A stretch of DNA of 64,000 nucleotides from an uncultured Actinomycetes bacterium (GCA_963755025.1 CAVWIH010000034.1:1-64000), one strand, 5' to 3'; numbered from the stretch's first letter, positions 20,183-33,169 are shown. Numbers and translations: made by a program. Notes: generated by a model from the letters alone, not told the origin.

Positions 20183-20710
20183 GATGATTGCTCCTTCCTG
20201 GCGCAAGCTCGGGTGCGCGGGTCTTTAAGGAAAACGGTGACCCGCGGGCCCCGGCGCTGCGCGCCGGGCACGGGCAGATGGCTGAACGTGTGAGATCATC
20301 GTAGCTTCTCGACCACTATAGGCGAGCGCGGGCGCGGCGGCTGGGCGCTTTGGGCGAAAAAGCGGCGCGCGTGGCAGGCACGGATTGGCCATGCTGAACA
20401 AAGGGCAGGCCCGCGCGAGCCTTCACCTTTTGTACGAACCCGCTTGGCGGAGCGCTCGCCGTCTTGTCCGCGCGGGCCAGCCCCTCCCGGCCAAGTTTGT
20501 AAGCTTTGGCACATGCGCGGCCCTTTTGACTACCACCGCCCGTCGTATACTCGCGACGTCATGTACCCTACTGCGGGCCACGAGCGGAGCTCGTTGGGAG
20601 GTTGGTACAGCCGCACTACCTCGTCACCGGGGCGTCGCCCCACCATGTCAAGCTGCGCACCCGTTTCGATCAAGCGTATCCATCCCTAGTTTCCGTATGG
20701 AGGGCACTGA

Positions 20711-22093
20711 ATGAGCGTGATAACGGCACCCAAGACCGATTACGTCAAGAACCTCATGGCCGACGTCGTGGCCAAGAACCAGGGTGAGGTCGAGTTCCAC
20801 CAGGCCGTACAAGAAGTGGCCGAGTCGCTCGAGCCCGTTCTGGCGCGCAACCCCAAGTATCGCGAGCACAAGATCCTCGAGCGCATCCTCGAGCCCGAGC
20901 GCATCATCATGTTCCGCGTGCCCTGGGTCGACGACAAGGGCGAGATCCAGATCAACAAGGGTTACCGCGTCGAGATGAACAGCGCCATCGGCCCCTACAA
21001 GGGCGGCCTGCGCTTCCATCCGAGCGTCTACCTCGGCATGCTCAAGTTCCTCGCCTTCGAGCAGGTCTTCAAGAACGCCCTCACCACGCTCCCCATGGGC
21101 GGCGGCAAGGGCGGCTCGAACTTCGACCCCAAGGGCAAGAGCGACGGCGAAGTCATGCGTTTCTGCCAGAGCTTCATGACCGAGCTCTCCCGCCACATCG
21201 GCCAGTTCACCGACTGCCCCGCCGGCGACATCGGCGTCGGCGGCCGTGAGATCGGCTTCATGTTCGGCCAGTACAAGCGCCTGCGCAACGAGTTCGTCGG
21301 CACGCTGACCGGCAAGGGCATCAACTGGGGCGGCTCGCTCATCCGTCCCGAGGCCACCGGCTACGGCGCCGTCTACTTCGCCGAAGAGATGCTCAACACG
21401 CGCGACGACTCGCTCGAAGGCAAGACCTGCCTCGTGTCGGGCTCGGGCAACGTCGCCCAGTACACCGTCGAGAAGATCATCGACCTCGGCGGCAAGGCCG
21501 TCACGCTGTCCGACTCGTCGGGCGTCATCTACGACCCCGAGGGCATCGACCGCGACAAGCTCGCCTTCGTGCTCGAGCTCAAGAACGTCAAGCGTGGCCG
21601 CATCGACGAGTACGCCGCCAAGTTCAAGGGCGCCAAGTTCGTCGCCCTCGACAAGACGGCCGACCACAACCCGCTGTGGGACATCAAGGCCGACGCCGCC
21701 TTCCCGAGCGCGGTCCAGAACGAGATCAACGCAAAAGACGCCGCCAACCTGCTCAAGAACGGCGTGTACGTGGTCTCCGAAGGCGCCAACATGCCGACGG
21801 TCCCCGCGGGCGTCGAGCAGTTCATCGAGGCCGGTATCCTCTACGGTCCCGGTAAAGCCGCCAACGCCGGTGGCGTGGCCACCTCGGGCCTCGAGATGTC
21901 GCAGAACAGCCTGCGCCTCAGCTGGACCCGCGAAGAAGTCGACACCCGCCTGCACGGCATCATGAAGGCCATCCACAAGCAGTGCGTCGACGCCGCCGCC
22001 GAGTACGAGACCCCCGGCAACTACGTGAACGGCGCCAACATCGCCGGCTTCGTCAAGGTCGCCGACAGCATGCTCGACCAGGGCCTCGTCTAA
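20711..22093 (+). CDS. gdhA: NADP-specific glutamate dehydrogenase
   Basis: GPYKGGLRFHPSV, LPMGGGKGG, PAGDIGVG, RPEATGYG, GSGNVAQY and EGANMP. Confidence 0.96.
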   Translation: MSVITAPKTDYVKNLMADVVAKNQGEVEFHQAVQEVAESLEPVLARNPKYREHKILERILEPERIIMFRVPWVDDKGEIQINKGYRVEMNSAIGPYKGGLRFHPSVYLGMLKFLAFEQVFKNALTTLPMGGGKGGSNFDPKGKSDGEVMRFCQSFMTELSRHIGQFTDCPAGDIGVGGREIGFMFGQYKRLRNEFVGTLTGKGINWGGSLIRPEATGYGAVYFAEEMLNTRDDSLEGKTCLVSGSGNVAQYTVEKIIDLGGKAVTLSDSSGVIYDPEGIDRDKLAFVLELKNVKRGRIDEYAAKFKGAKFVALDKTADHNPLWDIKADAAFPSAVQNEINAKDAANLLKNGVYVVSEGANMPTVPAGVEQFIEAGILYGPGKAANAGGVATSGLEMSQNSLRLSWTREEVDTRLHGIMKAIHKQCVDAAAEYETPGNYVNGANIAGFVKVADSMLDQGLV

Positions 22094-22156
22094 GCCAGAC
22101 CAGACTCACACGCGGACACGGCCCCAGGGCCGTCTCCGGTAGAGCCCACGCCTGCA

Positions 22157-22202
22157 GCGGCGGGGCGGGCTCCCTTCACGGGAGCCCGCCCCGCCGCTTT
22201 TG
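22157..22202 (+). terminator. Intrinsic terminator of gdhA
   Basis: gcggcggggcgggctccc-ttcac-gggagcccgccccgccgc followed by tttt. Confidence 0.85.
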
Positions 22203-22318
22203 CGTGGGGCGGCGTCGGGGCGCACCGGCGCATGAACGGGGCGGCTCGGCGTGGCCCCGCCGCTTTTGCGTGGGGCGCGCACCGGCGCGTGAAGGGGCGG
22301 TCCGGCGTGGCCCCGCCG
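22188..22318 (+). repeat. Degenerate tandem duplication downstream of the gdhA terminator
   Basis: gccccgccgcttttgcgtggggcg...cgcaccggcgcrtgaa...ggcgtg recurs at 22188 and 22254, with a partial copy at 22310. Confidence 0.7.
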
Positions 22319-22532
22319 GGGCGCGAAGGCCCGGCCCGGCGCGCGTCCTGCGGCGCACCAAGGGGCGACCGACGTGGCCGTTTCGGTCACGCGCGGGCCG
22401 CCGCGAGTCTCTTTCGGCCAAGCTACGGCCGCGCGGTTTAGTGCATTTTCGGCTCGGGGATGAACCGGAACGCGGTCGTGTCCTATGCGTCTAGTGTGCG
22501 GCCGACCCGGCGCCGACAAGAGGAGTCTCCCC

Positions 22533-22874
22533 ATGAAGAAGATCGAGTGCATCATCCAGCCCTACAACCTCGACGTGGTCGCCGAGAACCTGGCGGTCGA
22601 CGGCGTCGTTGGCATGACGGTCACCGAGTCCAAAGGCTTCGGCGTGCAGAAAGGCTTCACGCGCGGCGAGACCGGCGCTCCGGGCCAGTACCGTTTCCAC
22701 CCCAAGATGAAGGTCGAGATGGTGGTCTCCGACGACGACGTCGAGAAGGTCGTAGCGAGCCTGCGCAAGGCCCTCGAGAAGGGCCGCATAGGGCAGGGCA
22801 AGATCTTCGTGAGCGCCGTCGACGACGCCGTGCGCACGCGCACCGGCGAGCGCGGCGAGGCCGCCATCAGGTAG
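22533..22874 (+). CDS. P-II family nitrogen regulatory protein (divergent T-loop)
   Basis: MKKIECIIQP, GMTVTESKGFG.QKG, GRIGQGKIFVS and RTRTGERGEAAI; GAGGAG RBS. Confidence 0.9.
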   Translation: MKKIECIIQPYNLDVVAENLAVDGVVGMTVTESKGFGVQKGFTRGETGAPGQYRFHPKMKVEMVVSDDDVEKVVASLRKALEKGRIGQGKIFVSAVDDAVRTRTGERGEAAIR

Positions 22875-23003
22875 CACACCACCGGCGACGCCGCCGCGCC
22901 CCCGCGGCGGCGTCGCGCGCGTTCCGGCGAGGGCGCCGCCTGCGCGCGGCCGCGGTGCGGCGACGCGGCGTCGCCTCTGCCGGCGCCACGGACGCGGGGG
23001 CAC

Positions 23004-23054
23004 AAAAGAAAGGCGCGGGGCGGGGCCGGCTTGCAGCCGGCCCCGCCCCGCGCC
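23004..23054 (-). terminator. Intrinsic terminator of trxA
   Basis: ggcgcggggcggggccggc-ttgca-gccggccccgccccgcgcc, with an aaaagaaa tract that is a U-run on the - strand. Confidence 0.8.
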
Positions 23055-23091
23055 CGTGCTCCGGAGACGCTTGCGTCAGACGGTGGTGACG

Positions 23092-23415
23092 CTAGACGAG
23101 CTCGAACTCGCGCTCGAGATCGCCCTTGCTGCGCACGCCGATGATCTTCTTCACGGGCTTGCCGTCCTTGAAGAGGATGAGCGTCGGGATGCTCATGATG
23201 CCGAACTTGGCCGCCGTCGCCTGGTTGTCGTCGACGTTCAGCTTGCCGACCGTCACCTTGTCGGCGTGCGTGCTGGCAAGGTCTTCGACGATCGGTCCGA
23301 CCGTGCGGCACGGGCCGCACCAGGCCGCCCAGAAGTCGACGATGACCGGTGTCGTCGCCCCGTCGATCGTCTGCTGGAACGTCTCGTCGGTCAGTTCAGT
23401 GACCACGTCTGCCAC
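23092..23415 (-). CDS. trxA: Thioredoxin
   Basis: VDFWAAWCGPC and IMSIPTLILFKDG; GAGGAGG RBS before the GTG. Confidence 0.96.
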   Translation of the reverse strand: MADVVTELTDETFQQTIDGATTPVIVDFWAAWCGPCRTVGPIVEDLASTHADKVTVGKLNVDDNQATAAKFGIMSIPTLILFKDGKPVKKIIGVRSKGDLEREFELV

Positions 23416-23727
23416 GTTGCCCTCCTCTTGCTCATCGTTGGACTGCAGCTCTCAGAAAGTCGGCCCGGACACGAGGCATCCGGGGGTCGGTCGCGCCGCG
23501 ACGCCCGCACGACCTCATACCCTGTGGTCGGACGGCGCGAACCTGCGCGGCCGGGCCGCGGACCCGCGAGCGGCCGCGCCCCGACCGGCGCGCGGCTGGG
23601 CACGACCCGGCGTCAGGTATCATAATAGGCTCGCCGTCCGCCGTCGCGCGCGGCGGCGGCGCCGAGTCGCCGTCCCGGACCATCCGGCGACGACGCGGCG
23701 ACGTACTCTCCGTGCTCTAGAAAGGCG

Positions 23728-25394
23728 ATGGTGACCGTGAGAAGCGACGAGATCAAGCTCGGTGCCGCACGCGCCCCGCACCGCTCGCTTCTGCGGGCGC
23801 TGGGCGTGACCGACGCCGAGATGGAGCGCCCGTTCGTCGGCATCGCCAACTCCTTCAGCGAGGTCGTGCCCGGCCACATGCACCTCGACAAGGTGGTCGA
23901 AGCCGTCAAGGCGGGCGTGCGCGACGCCGGCGGCGTGCCCTTCGAGTTCGGCGTCATGGGCATCTGCGACGGCATCGCCATGAACCACGCCGGCATGAAC
24001 TACTCGCTGCCCAGCCGCGAGCTCATCGCCGACACCGTCGAGTCGATGGCCCTGGCGCACGCCTTCGACGCCCTGGTGCTGGTGCCGTGCTGCGACAAGA
24101 TCGTGCCCGGCATGCTCATGGCCGCGATGCGCGTGAACGTGCCCTCGATCATGGTGAGCGGCGGCCCCATGCTGGCCGGCCGCCTCGACGGACGCACGAT
24201 CGGCCTGACCGCCGTGTTCGAGGGCGTCGGGCAGTTCCAGGCGGGCGCCTTAGACGAAGCGGGCCTGAAGGCCCTCGAGTGCAGCGCCTGTCCCACCTGC
24301 GGCTCGTGCTCGGGCATGTTCACGGCCAACTCCATGAACTGCCTGGCCGAGGTCGTGGGCATGGCGCTGCCCGGCAACGGCACCATCCCGGCGCCCTACA
24401 GCGAGCGCCTGCGCTACGCCAAGTCGGCCGGCGTGAAGGTCATGGACGTGCTCGCCGCCGACCTGCGACCGCGCGATATCCTGACCGACGCCGCGGTGAG
24501 CAACGCCCTGGCCGCCGACGCCAGCCTGGGCTGCAGCACCAACACGGTGCTGCACCTCGCCGCCATCGCCACCGAGGCCGGCCTCGACTTTCCGCTGGAA
24601 CGCATCAACGAGGTCGCGGCCCGCGTGCCGCACCTCTGCCTGCTGGCCCCGGCCGGCCCGCACCACATGGAAGACCTCTACTTCGCCGGCGGCATCCAGG
24701 CGGTCATGAAGCGCCTGATCGACGCCGGCCTCATGGACGGCACGGCGCGCTCCGTGGCCGGCGGCACGGTCGCCGAGGCGGTGGCCGACGCGCGGGTGCA
24801 AGACGACGAGGTCATCCGCCCGCTGTCGCGGCCCTACCATGCCACCGGCGGCCTCGCCGTGCTGTTCGGCAACCTGGCGCCGTCGGGCGCGGTGGTCAAA
24901 GAGGGCGCCGTGGCCGACGAGATGCTGCGCCACAGCGGCCCCGCCCAGGTCTTCGAATCCGAAGCCGACGCCGTCACGGCCATCGCCGCCGGCGCCATCG
25001 TGTCGGGCTCGGTGATCGTCATTCGCAACGAAGGGCCCAAGGGCGCGCCCGGCATGCCCGAGATGCTCTCGGCCACCTCCATGCTCGCCGGCCAGGGCCG
25101 CGACAAAGACGTGGCGCTGATCACCGACGGACGCTTCAGCGGCGCCACGCGCGGCGCCGCCATAGGCCACGTCGCCCCCGAGGCGCAGGCCGGCGGCCTC
25201 ATCGGACTCATCGAAGACGGCGACACCATCGTCGTCGACATCCCCGACCGCAAGCTCACCCTGGACGTCGAGGTGGCGGTACTCGAGCGGCGCCGCGCCG
25301 CCAAGGCCGCCGCGCCGCCGCGCCCCGAGCTCACGGGCTGGCTCGCCCGTTACGTCAAACTCGTCTCCGGTGCGGAGAAGGGGGCAGTCCTTCG

Positions 25395-25398
<4 letters not shown>
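23728..25398 (+). CDS. ilvD: Dihydroxy-acid dehydratase
   Basis: ICDGIAM, YSLPSRELIAD, CCDKIVPG, GPKGAPGMPEM and TDGRFSG. Confidence 0.96.
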
Positions 25399-27130
<1,732 letters not shown>

Positions 27131-27134
<4 letters not shown>

Positions 27135-27610
27135 AGCACACGCTGTCGGTGCTCGTCGAGAACAAGCCCGGCGTGCTCACCCGCGTGGCCGGGCTGTTCG
27201 CGCGGCGCGGCTTCAATATCCAGAGCCTCGCCGTCGGCGCCAGCGAAGACCCCAACCTCTCGCGCATGACGATCACCATCGACGGGGCCGAGCACCCCAT
27301 CGACCAGGTGACCAAGCAGCTCCACAAGCTCATCAACGTGGTCAAGATCCGCGACCTCGACCCGCACAGCCTGGTCGCCTCCGAGCTCATGCTCGTCAAG
27401 GTCGCGGCCGAGGGCGAGAAGCGCACCGACGTGCTGCAGATCGCCGAGATCTTCAAGGCCAAGATCGTCGACGTCGAGCGCCGCAGCCTGGTGCTGCGCG
27501 CGGTCGGCGCCACCGACAAGCTCGAAGCCCTGCTCGAGATGCTGCAGCCGATCGGCGTGCTCGAAGTCACGCGCACCGGCATCGTGGCGATAGGGCGCGG
27601 GCGGGGCTAG
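27131..27610 (+). CDS. ilvN: Acetolactate synthase small (regulatory) subunit
   Basis: [33 protein letters not shown]; ATGA overlap with ilvB. Confidence 0.95.
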
Positions 27611-27616
27611 GCAGAC

Positions 27617-28174
27617 GTGAGCCGCGGCGGCGTCACCCAGGTGGCGCTGCTGCGCGGCGTCAATGTGGGCGCCGCCAAGCGCGTGGCGATGGCCGACCTG
27701 CGGGCGCTCGTCGAGGGCCTCGGCTACGGCGGCGTGCGCACCCTGCTGAACAGCGGCAACGTGGTCTACGACGCACCCGGCGTCGCGCCGGCCGCCGCCG
27801 CCGCCCGCATCGAGCGGGCGCTGGCCGCCGACCTGGGCGTGCGCGCCCGGGTCGTGGCGCTCACGGCCGCCGAGCTCGGCGCCGCGGTCGCGGCGAACCC
27901 CCTGGCGGCGGTCGCCGGCAACCCTTCGCGCCTGCTGGTCGCGGTGCCCGCCGACCGGCAGGCGCGCACGGCGCTCGAGCCGCTCGCCGCGCAGGACTGG
28001 GCGCCCGAGGCGTTCGCTCTGGGCGCGCGCGTCGCCTACCTGTGGTGTCCCGACGGCGTCATCGCGAGCACTCTGGCGGCCGCCGTCGGGCGCCTGCTGG
28101 GCGACGCGGTGACCAGCCGCAACTGGACGACCATGGTCAAGCTCGAGGCGCTGGCGACGAGCGAGCGCCCGTAG
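27617..28174 (+). CDS. DUF1697-family protein
   Basis: VALLRGVNVG...MADLR...VRTLLNSGNVV...TSRNWTT. Confidence 0.85.
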   Translation: MSRGGVTQVALLRGVNVGAAKRVAMADLRALVEGLGYGGVRTLLNSGNVVYDAPGVAPAAAAARIERALAADLGVRARVVALTAAELGAAVAANPLAAVAGNPSRLLVAVPADRQARTALEPLAAQDWAPEAFALGARVAYLWCPDGVIASTLAAAVGRLLGDAVTSRNWTTMVKLEALATSERP

Positions 28175-28269
28175 TCCGAGCGTCGCGGCCCCACCTAGCG
28201 CGCGGTGAGGCGAGTAGCCCGCCAACGCCCGCGCCCGGGCCGCCCGGCCGCCGTGGGTACCATGCCTGC

Positions 28270-28314
28270 ATGACCGACGACCAGGCGCGGGTCGTGAGGG
28301 ACGGGGCGGCATGA
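28270..28314 (+). CDS. Putative leaderless 14-aa uORF (MTDDQARVVRDGAA) coupled to the TMEM175 gene
   Basis: TACCAT at 28258-28263, 6 nt before the ATG; its TGA overlaps ATG 28311 (ATGA). Confidence 0.4.
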   Translation: MTDDQARVVRDGAA

Positions 28315-28892
28315 GCAAGAACCGCCTCGAGGCCTTCAGCGACGGCGTGCTCGCCATCATCATCACCATCGCGGTGCTGGGGCTGCGGCCCCCGGCCGGC
28401 GCGAGCCTCTCGGCCCTGCGGCCGCAGCTGCCGCTCTTTCTGAGCTACATCCTGAGCTTCGCCAACCTCGGCATCTACTGGAACAACCACCACCACATGC
28501 TGGCCACCGTGGAGCGCGTCACCGGCGGCATGCTGTGGGCCAACCTGCACCTGCTGTTCTGGCTCTCGCTCGTGCCGTTCACGACCGCCTGGATGGGCCG
28601 CAGCAGCTTCGCCGCCGCCCCGACGGCGGTCTACGGCTGCGTGCTGCTGGCCTCGGGGGTCGCCTACTTCATCCTGCAGCGCCTGATCATCGCCAGCCAG
28701 GGCGAGGAATCGCTGCTGGCGCACGCCATCGGTCGCGACCTCAAGGGCAAGTCGTCGCCGATGCTCTACGCGGTCGCCATCCCCCTGGCCTTCGTGGCGC
28801 CGTGGCTGGCCGGCGCGCTCTACGTGCTGGTCGCCTTGATCTGGCTGATCCCCGACCGGCGCATCGAGCGCGCCTTCTCGCAGCGCGACTGA
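28311..28892 (+). CDS. TMEM175-family (DUF1211) potassium channel
   Basis: RLEAFSDGVLAIIIT, YWNNHHH and LSLVPFTT. Confidence 0.92.
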   Translation: MSKNRLEAFSDGVLAIIITIAVLGLRPPAGASLSALRPQLPLFLSYILSFANLGIYWNNHHHMLATVERVTGGMLWANLHLLFWLSLVPFTTAWMGRSSFAAAPTAVYGCVLLASGVAYFILQRLIIASQGEESLLAHAIGRDLKGKSSPMLYAVAIPLAFVAPWLAGALYVLVALIWLIPDRRIERAFSQRD

Positions 28893-29061
28893 GGGCACGG
28901 GCGGCGGCGCGCCGGCGGGCCGCCGCCCGGAAGCGTAGCGCCGTCGCGCGCCCCCGGTGGCCCTCCCGCGTTGCCGCCGGCGGCGCAACACAGTAAAGTT
29001 CAACGTTCCGAGTGCAGTCGCCCGCGCGCCATCGCCGGGCGTCACAAGAAGGAGACACCGC

Positions 29062-30066
29062 ATGTACTACGACTCAGACGCCGACCTCAGCCTGATCAAA
29101 GGCAAGACCGTCGCCGTGATCGGCTTCGGCAGCCAGGGACACGCCCACGCCCAGAACCTGCGCGACTCCGGCATCGACGTGGTCGTCTCCGATCTGCCCG
29201 GCACGCCCAACGGCGAGCGCGCCGCCAAGGCGGGCTTCGAGGTCCTCACCGCCGCCGAGGCGGCCAAGCGCGGCGACATGATCATCATGCTGGTGCCCGA
29301 CGAGACGCAGGCGCGCCTCTACAAGAGCGACGTGGCCGCCCAGCTCACCGCCGGCAAGGTCCTCATGTTCGCCCACGGCTTCAACATCCACTTCAGCCAG
29401 ATCGTGCCGCCCAAAGACGTCGACGTGATCATGGCGGCCCCCAAGGGCCCCGGCCACCTCGTGCGCCGTCAGTACGAAGAGGGCAAAGGCGTGCCCGCGC
29501 TGATCGCCGTCTACCAGGACGCCAGCGGCCACGCCAAAGAGCTCGCCCTCGCCTACGCCAAGGGCATCGGCGCCACGCGCGCCGGCGTGATCGAGACCAC
29601 CTTCTCCGAAGAGACCGAGACCGACCTGTTCGGCGAGCAGGCCGTGCTGTGCGGCGGCGTCACCGAGCTCATCATGGCGGGCTTCGACACGCTCACCGAG
29701 GCCGGCTACCAGCCCGAGGTCGCCTACTTCGAGTGCCTCCACGAGCTCAAGCTCATCGTCGACCTGATCTGGGAGAAGGGCATCAGCGGCATGCGCTACT
29801 CGATCAGCGACACCGCCGAGTACGGCGACCTCACCCGTGGTCCCGTGGTGATCGACGAAGCCACGCGCGATCGCCTGCGCCGCATGCTCGCCGATATCCG
29901 CAGCGGCGCCTTCGCCCGCGAGTGGATCCTCGAAAACCAGGCCGGCCGCCCCGTGTTCAACGCGCTGCAGCGGCAGGGCAAGGAGCATCAGATCGAGGTC
30001 GTCGGCAAGAAGCTGCGCGGCATGATGAGCTGGATCAGCGAGGGCGGCCTCGACATCGAGGTCTGA
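29062..30066 (+). CDS. ilvC: Ketol-acid reductoisomerase
   Basis: [44 protein letters not shown] and SISDTAEYG; AAGGAG RBS. Confidence 0.97.
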   Translation: MYYDSDADLSLIKGKTVAVIGFGSQGHAHAQNLRDSGIDVVVSDLPGTPNGERAAKAGFEVLTAAEAAKRGDMIIMLVPDETQARLYKSDVAAQLTAGKVLMFAHGFNIHFSQIVPPKDVDVIMAAPKGPGHLVRRQYEEGKGVPALIAVYQDASGHAKELALAYAKGIGATRAGVIETTFSEETETDLFGEQAVLCGGVTELIMAGFDTLTEAGYQPEVAYFECLHELKLIVDLIWEKGISGMRYSISDTAEYGDLTRGPVVIDEATRDRLRRMLADIRSGAFAREWILENQAGRPVFNALQRQGKEHQIEVVGKKLRGMMSWISEGGLDIEV

Positions 30067-30352
30067 GGCGCGCCAACGGCGCCGCTCGACACTCGACTTC
30101 AACGTCGCATAGACTGACCGACATGGACTTGCCGATTCATCGCCCGTCGTAACGGCTGGGGCGGGCGGGTAGCGCCACACCCGCCCGCCTCAGCCGACTT
30201 CGCTTGCCGCACTCGCGCACACCTTGCGCTGCGGCGCGCCCGCTTGCTGCCCCGCGTCACGATCGCCCGATCGTGTCCGTCGACCCGTTCCCGCCCCCCT
30301 TCGCGCCCGCCCGTGAGCGAGGGCGCCCGAGACCACGAAAGGACCTAACGAG

Positions 30353-31507
30353 ATGCTGAAGCGCTTTCTCATCACCCCCGGACCCACGCCGGTGCCCCCC
30401 GAGGTACTGCTGGCCGGCGCCGAGCCCATCGTCCACCATCGCGCCCCGCGTTTTGTCGAGATCTTCAACGAGACGATCGAGGGCCTCAAGTACGTCTATC
30501 AGACGAGCAACGATATCATCGTGTTCGCCGCCTCCGGCACGGGCGCCATGGAGGCCGCCGTCGTCAACGTCGTGAACCCCGGCGACACCGTCATCGTCGC
30601 CTCGGTCGGTAACTTCGGCGAGCGCTGGGTGAAGCTCGCCGGCAAGTGGGGCGCCGAGGTCGTGGCGCTCGACTTCGAGTGGGGCACCAGGGCCGACCCG
30701 GCGGCGATCGCCAAGGCGCTCGCCGACCACCCCGAGGCCAAGGCCGTCTACGTGCAGTTCTCCGAGACCTCCACGGGCGTCGTCAACGACATCAAGGCGA
30801 TCGGCGAGATCGTCGCCAAGACCCCCGCCATCCTCGTGGTCGACGCCATCTCGGGCCTCGGCGCGACCGACCTGCCCACCGACGCGTGGCAGGTCGACGT
30901 CTGCGTCGCCGGTTCGCAGAAGGCCCTCATGATCCCGCCCGGCCTGGCCATGGTGGCCGTGAGCGAGAAGGCCTGGAAGGTGGTCGAGGCCTGCACGACG
31001 CCGCGCTTCTACTTCGACTGGGTCTCCGCCCGCGCCAAGGCCAAAGAAGGCCAGACGGCGTTCACTCCGGCGGTCTCGCTGTTCGTCATGCTGAACAAGG
31101 CCATCGAGATGATCCGCGACGAGGGCCTCGCCAACGTCTTCGAGCGCCACGCCGTGCTCAGCCGCGGCTGCAAAGAGGGCGTCAAGGCGCTCGGCCTCGA
31201 GCTCTTCGGCCCCGACGACCCGCAGGCCAACTCGGTGACCGCCGTCAAGGTGCCGGCCGGCGTCGACGGCGGCAAGATCGGCAAGCTGGCGCGCGACCGC
31301 TACGGCGTGTGGCTGGCCGGCGGCCAGGGCCGCCTCAAGGGCCAGATCTTCCGCTTCGGCCACTGCGGCTACTTCGGCGCCTCCGACATCGTCGTCGGCC
31401 TCTCGGTCGTCGAGATGGTGCTCGCCGAGCTCGGCTACGACGTCAAGTGGGGCGCCTCTGTGGGCGCCGCCGAACAGGTCTTCCTCGACAGCAAGGTGGC
31501 GCTGTGA
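30353..31507 (+). CDS. Class V PLP aminotransferase (serine-pyruvate type; probable phosphoserine aminotransferase given coupling to serA)
   Basis: ITPGPTPVP, ASGTGAMEAA, SETSTG, VDAISG and GSQKALMIPPG. Confidence 0.88.
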   Translation: MLKRFLITPGPTPVPPEVLLAGAEPIVHHRAPRFVEIFNETIEGLKYVYQTSNDIIVFAASGTGAMEAAVVNVVNPGDTVIVASVGNFGERWVKLAGKWGAEVVALDFEWGTRADPAAIAKALADHPEAKAVYVQFSETSTGVVNDIKAIGEIVAKTPAILVVDAISGLGATDLPTDAWQVDVCVAGSQKALMIPPGLAMVAVSEKAWKVVEACTTPRFYFDWVSARAKAKEGQTAFTPAVSLFVMLNKAIEMIRDEGLANVFERHAVLSRGCKEGVKALGLELFGPDDPQANSVTAVKVPAGVDGGKIGKLARDRYGVWLAGGQGRLKGQIFRFGHCGYFGASDIVVGLSVVEMVLAELGYDVKWGASVGAAEQVFLDSKVAL

Positions 31508-33106
31508 ACGACTCTGCCAAAAAGAGGGTGCTCGTCAAAGAGAAGCTCGCCCCCGAGGGCCTCTCGTACCTGAAGGACCAGGGCTTCGAGGTCGACACCG
31601 GCCTCGACTGGACGCCCGAGGAGTTCCTGGCCAGGGTCGGCGACTACGACGCGCTGCTCATCCGCTCGGCCACCAAGGTCACCGCCGAGGTCATCGACGC
31701 GGCCACCAACCTGAAGGTCGTGGGTCGCGCCGGGGTGGGCGTCGACAACGTCGACGTCGCCGCCGCCACCAAGCGCGGCATCATCGTGGTCAACGCGCCG
31801 GCCAGCAACGTGCTGTCGGCCGCCGAGCACACGATCGCCATGATCATGGCCTGCGCGCGCAACATCCCGCAGGCCCACGGCGCCCTCAAAGAGGGTCGCT
31901 GGGACCGCTCCAAGTACGGCGGCGTCGAGCTCGCCGGCAAGACGCTCGGCATCGTCGGCCTCGGCCGCATCGGCTTTCTCGTGGCCGAGCGGGCGCGCGG
32001 CCTGAAGATGCGGGTCGTCGCCTACGACCCGTTCGTGCCGGCCGAGCGCTTTCACGAACTGGCGCTCGAGCGCGCCGAGGCGGTCGAGACGATCTACGCC
32101 GAGGCCGACTTCATCACGGTCCACCTGCCCAAGAACGCCCAGACGCTGGGCTTCATCTCCGACGACGCCTTCGCCGCCATGAAAGACGGCGTGCGCGTGA
32201 TCAACGTGGCCCGCGGCGGCATCATCGACGAAGAGGCGCTCGCCCGCGCGCTCGACTCCGGCAAGGTGGCCGCGGCGGCGATCGACGTGTGGCCGGTCGA
32301 GCCGACCACCGACGACCTCCTCATCAAGTACGACCAGGTCGTCACCACGCCGCACCTCGGCGCTTCCACTAAAGAGGCCCAGCTGCGGGCCGGCACCCAG
32401 GTGGCCGAGCAGGTCGCCCTGGCGCTCAAGGGCCAGTTCGCCCCCAACGCCGTCAACGTGCCGCTCGTGCTCGGCGAAGAGGCCGATGAGCTCATGCCCT
32501 ACCTCCACGTCTGCGAGCTGCTGGGCAAGCTCATCGTGCAGATCGCCGACGGCCCGGTCGACGCCTTCGAGATCACCTACGAAGGGCGTCATCAGCCGCT
32601 ACGACACGCGCATCCTCACGCTCAGCGTGCTCTCGGGCCTGCTGGCCAACGTGGTCGAGGGCGAGGTCAACTTCGTCAACGTCACCTCGATCGCCGAAGA
32701 GCGCGGCATCGTCGTCAAAGAGAACCACCAGCCGGCGGTGATCGACTTTCTCAACCTGATCACCGTGACCACGCGCGACCGCCAGGGCGAGCTCTCCGTG
32801 TCGGGCACCACGCTCGGGCCCAAGCACAAGCCGCGCCTCGTCCAGGTCTACCGGCAGGACGTCGACATCGAGCCGGCCGAGCACATGGCCTTCCTGCGCT
32901 ACGAAGACGTGCCCGGCATGATCGGCAAGATCGGCACCAAGATGGGCCTGCTCGGCATCAATATCGCCCAGATGTCGGTGGGGCGCACGGTCGTCGAGCG
33001 CAAGGCCGTCATGGGCCTCACCCTCGACTCGCCGATCTCCGAAGAAGACCTCAAGAGCCTGATCGCCGACGCCGGCCTGCACGGCGGCAAGCGCGTCGAG
33101 CTCTAG
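31504..33106 (+). CDS. serA: D-3-phosphoglycerate dehydrogenase with ASB and ACT domains (frameshift ~32585)
   Basis: GRAGVGVDNVD, GLGRIG, NVARGG and TPHLGAST. The C-terminal DVPGMIGKIG...INIAQMSVGR follows an extra G in gaagggcgtc. Confidence 0.93.
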
Positions 33107-33118
33107 CACACACGCGCG

Positions 33119-33169
33119 GGCGGCGGCGCGGCGAGGCTCACGCCTCGCCGCGCCGCCGCCTTTCGCTTT
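33119..33169 (+). terminator. Intrinsic terminator after serA
   Basis: ggcggcggcgcggcgagg-ctcacg-cctcgccgcgccgccgcc then tttcgcttt. Confidence 0.8.

Noticed and set aside
20370-20520. Sigma54 promoter for abfD or gdhA (tggcac/ggcacg motifs)
   Set aside because: The GG-to-GC spacing is not the required N10 and TTGC is absent.
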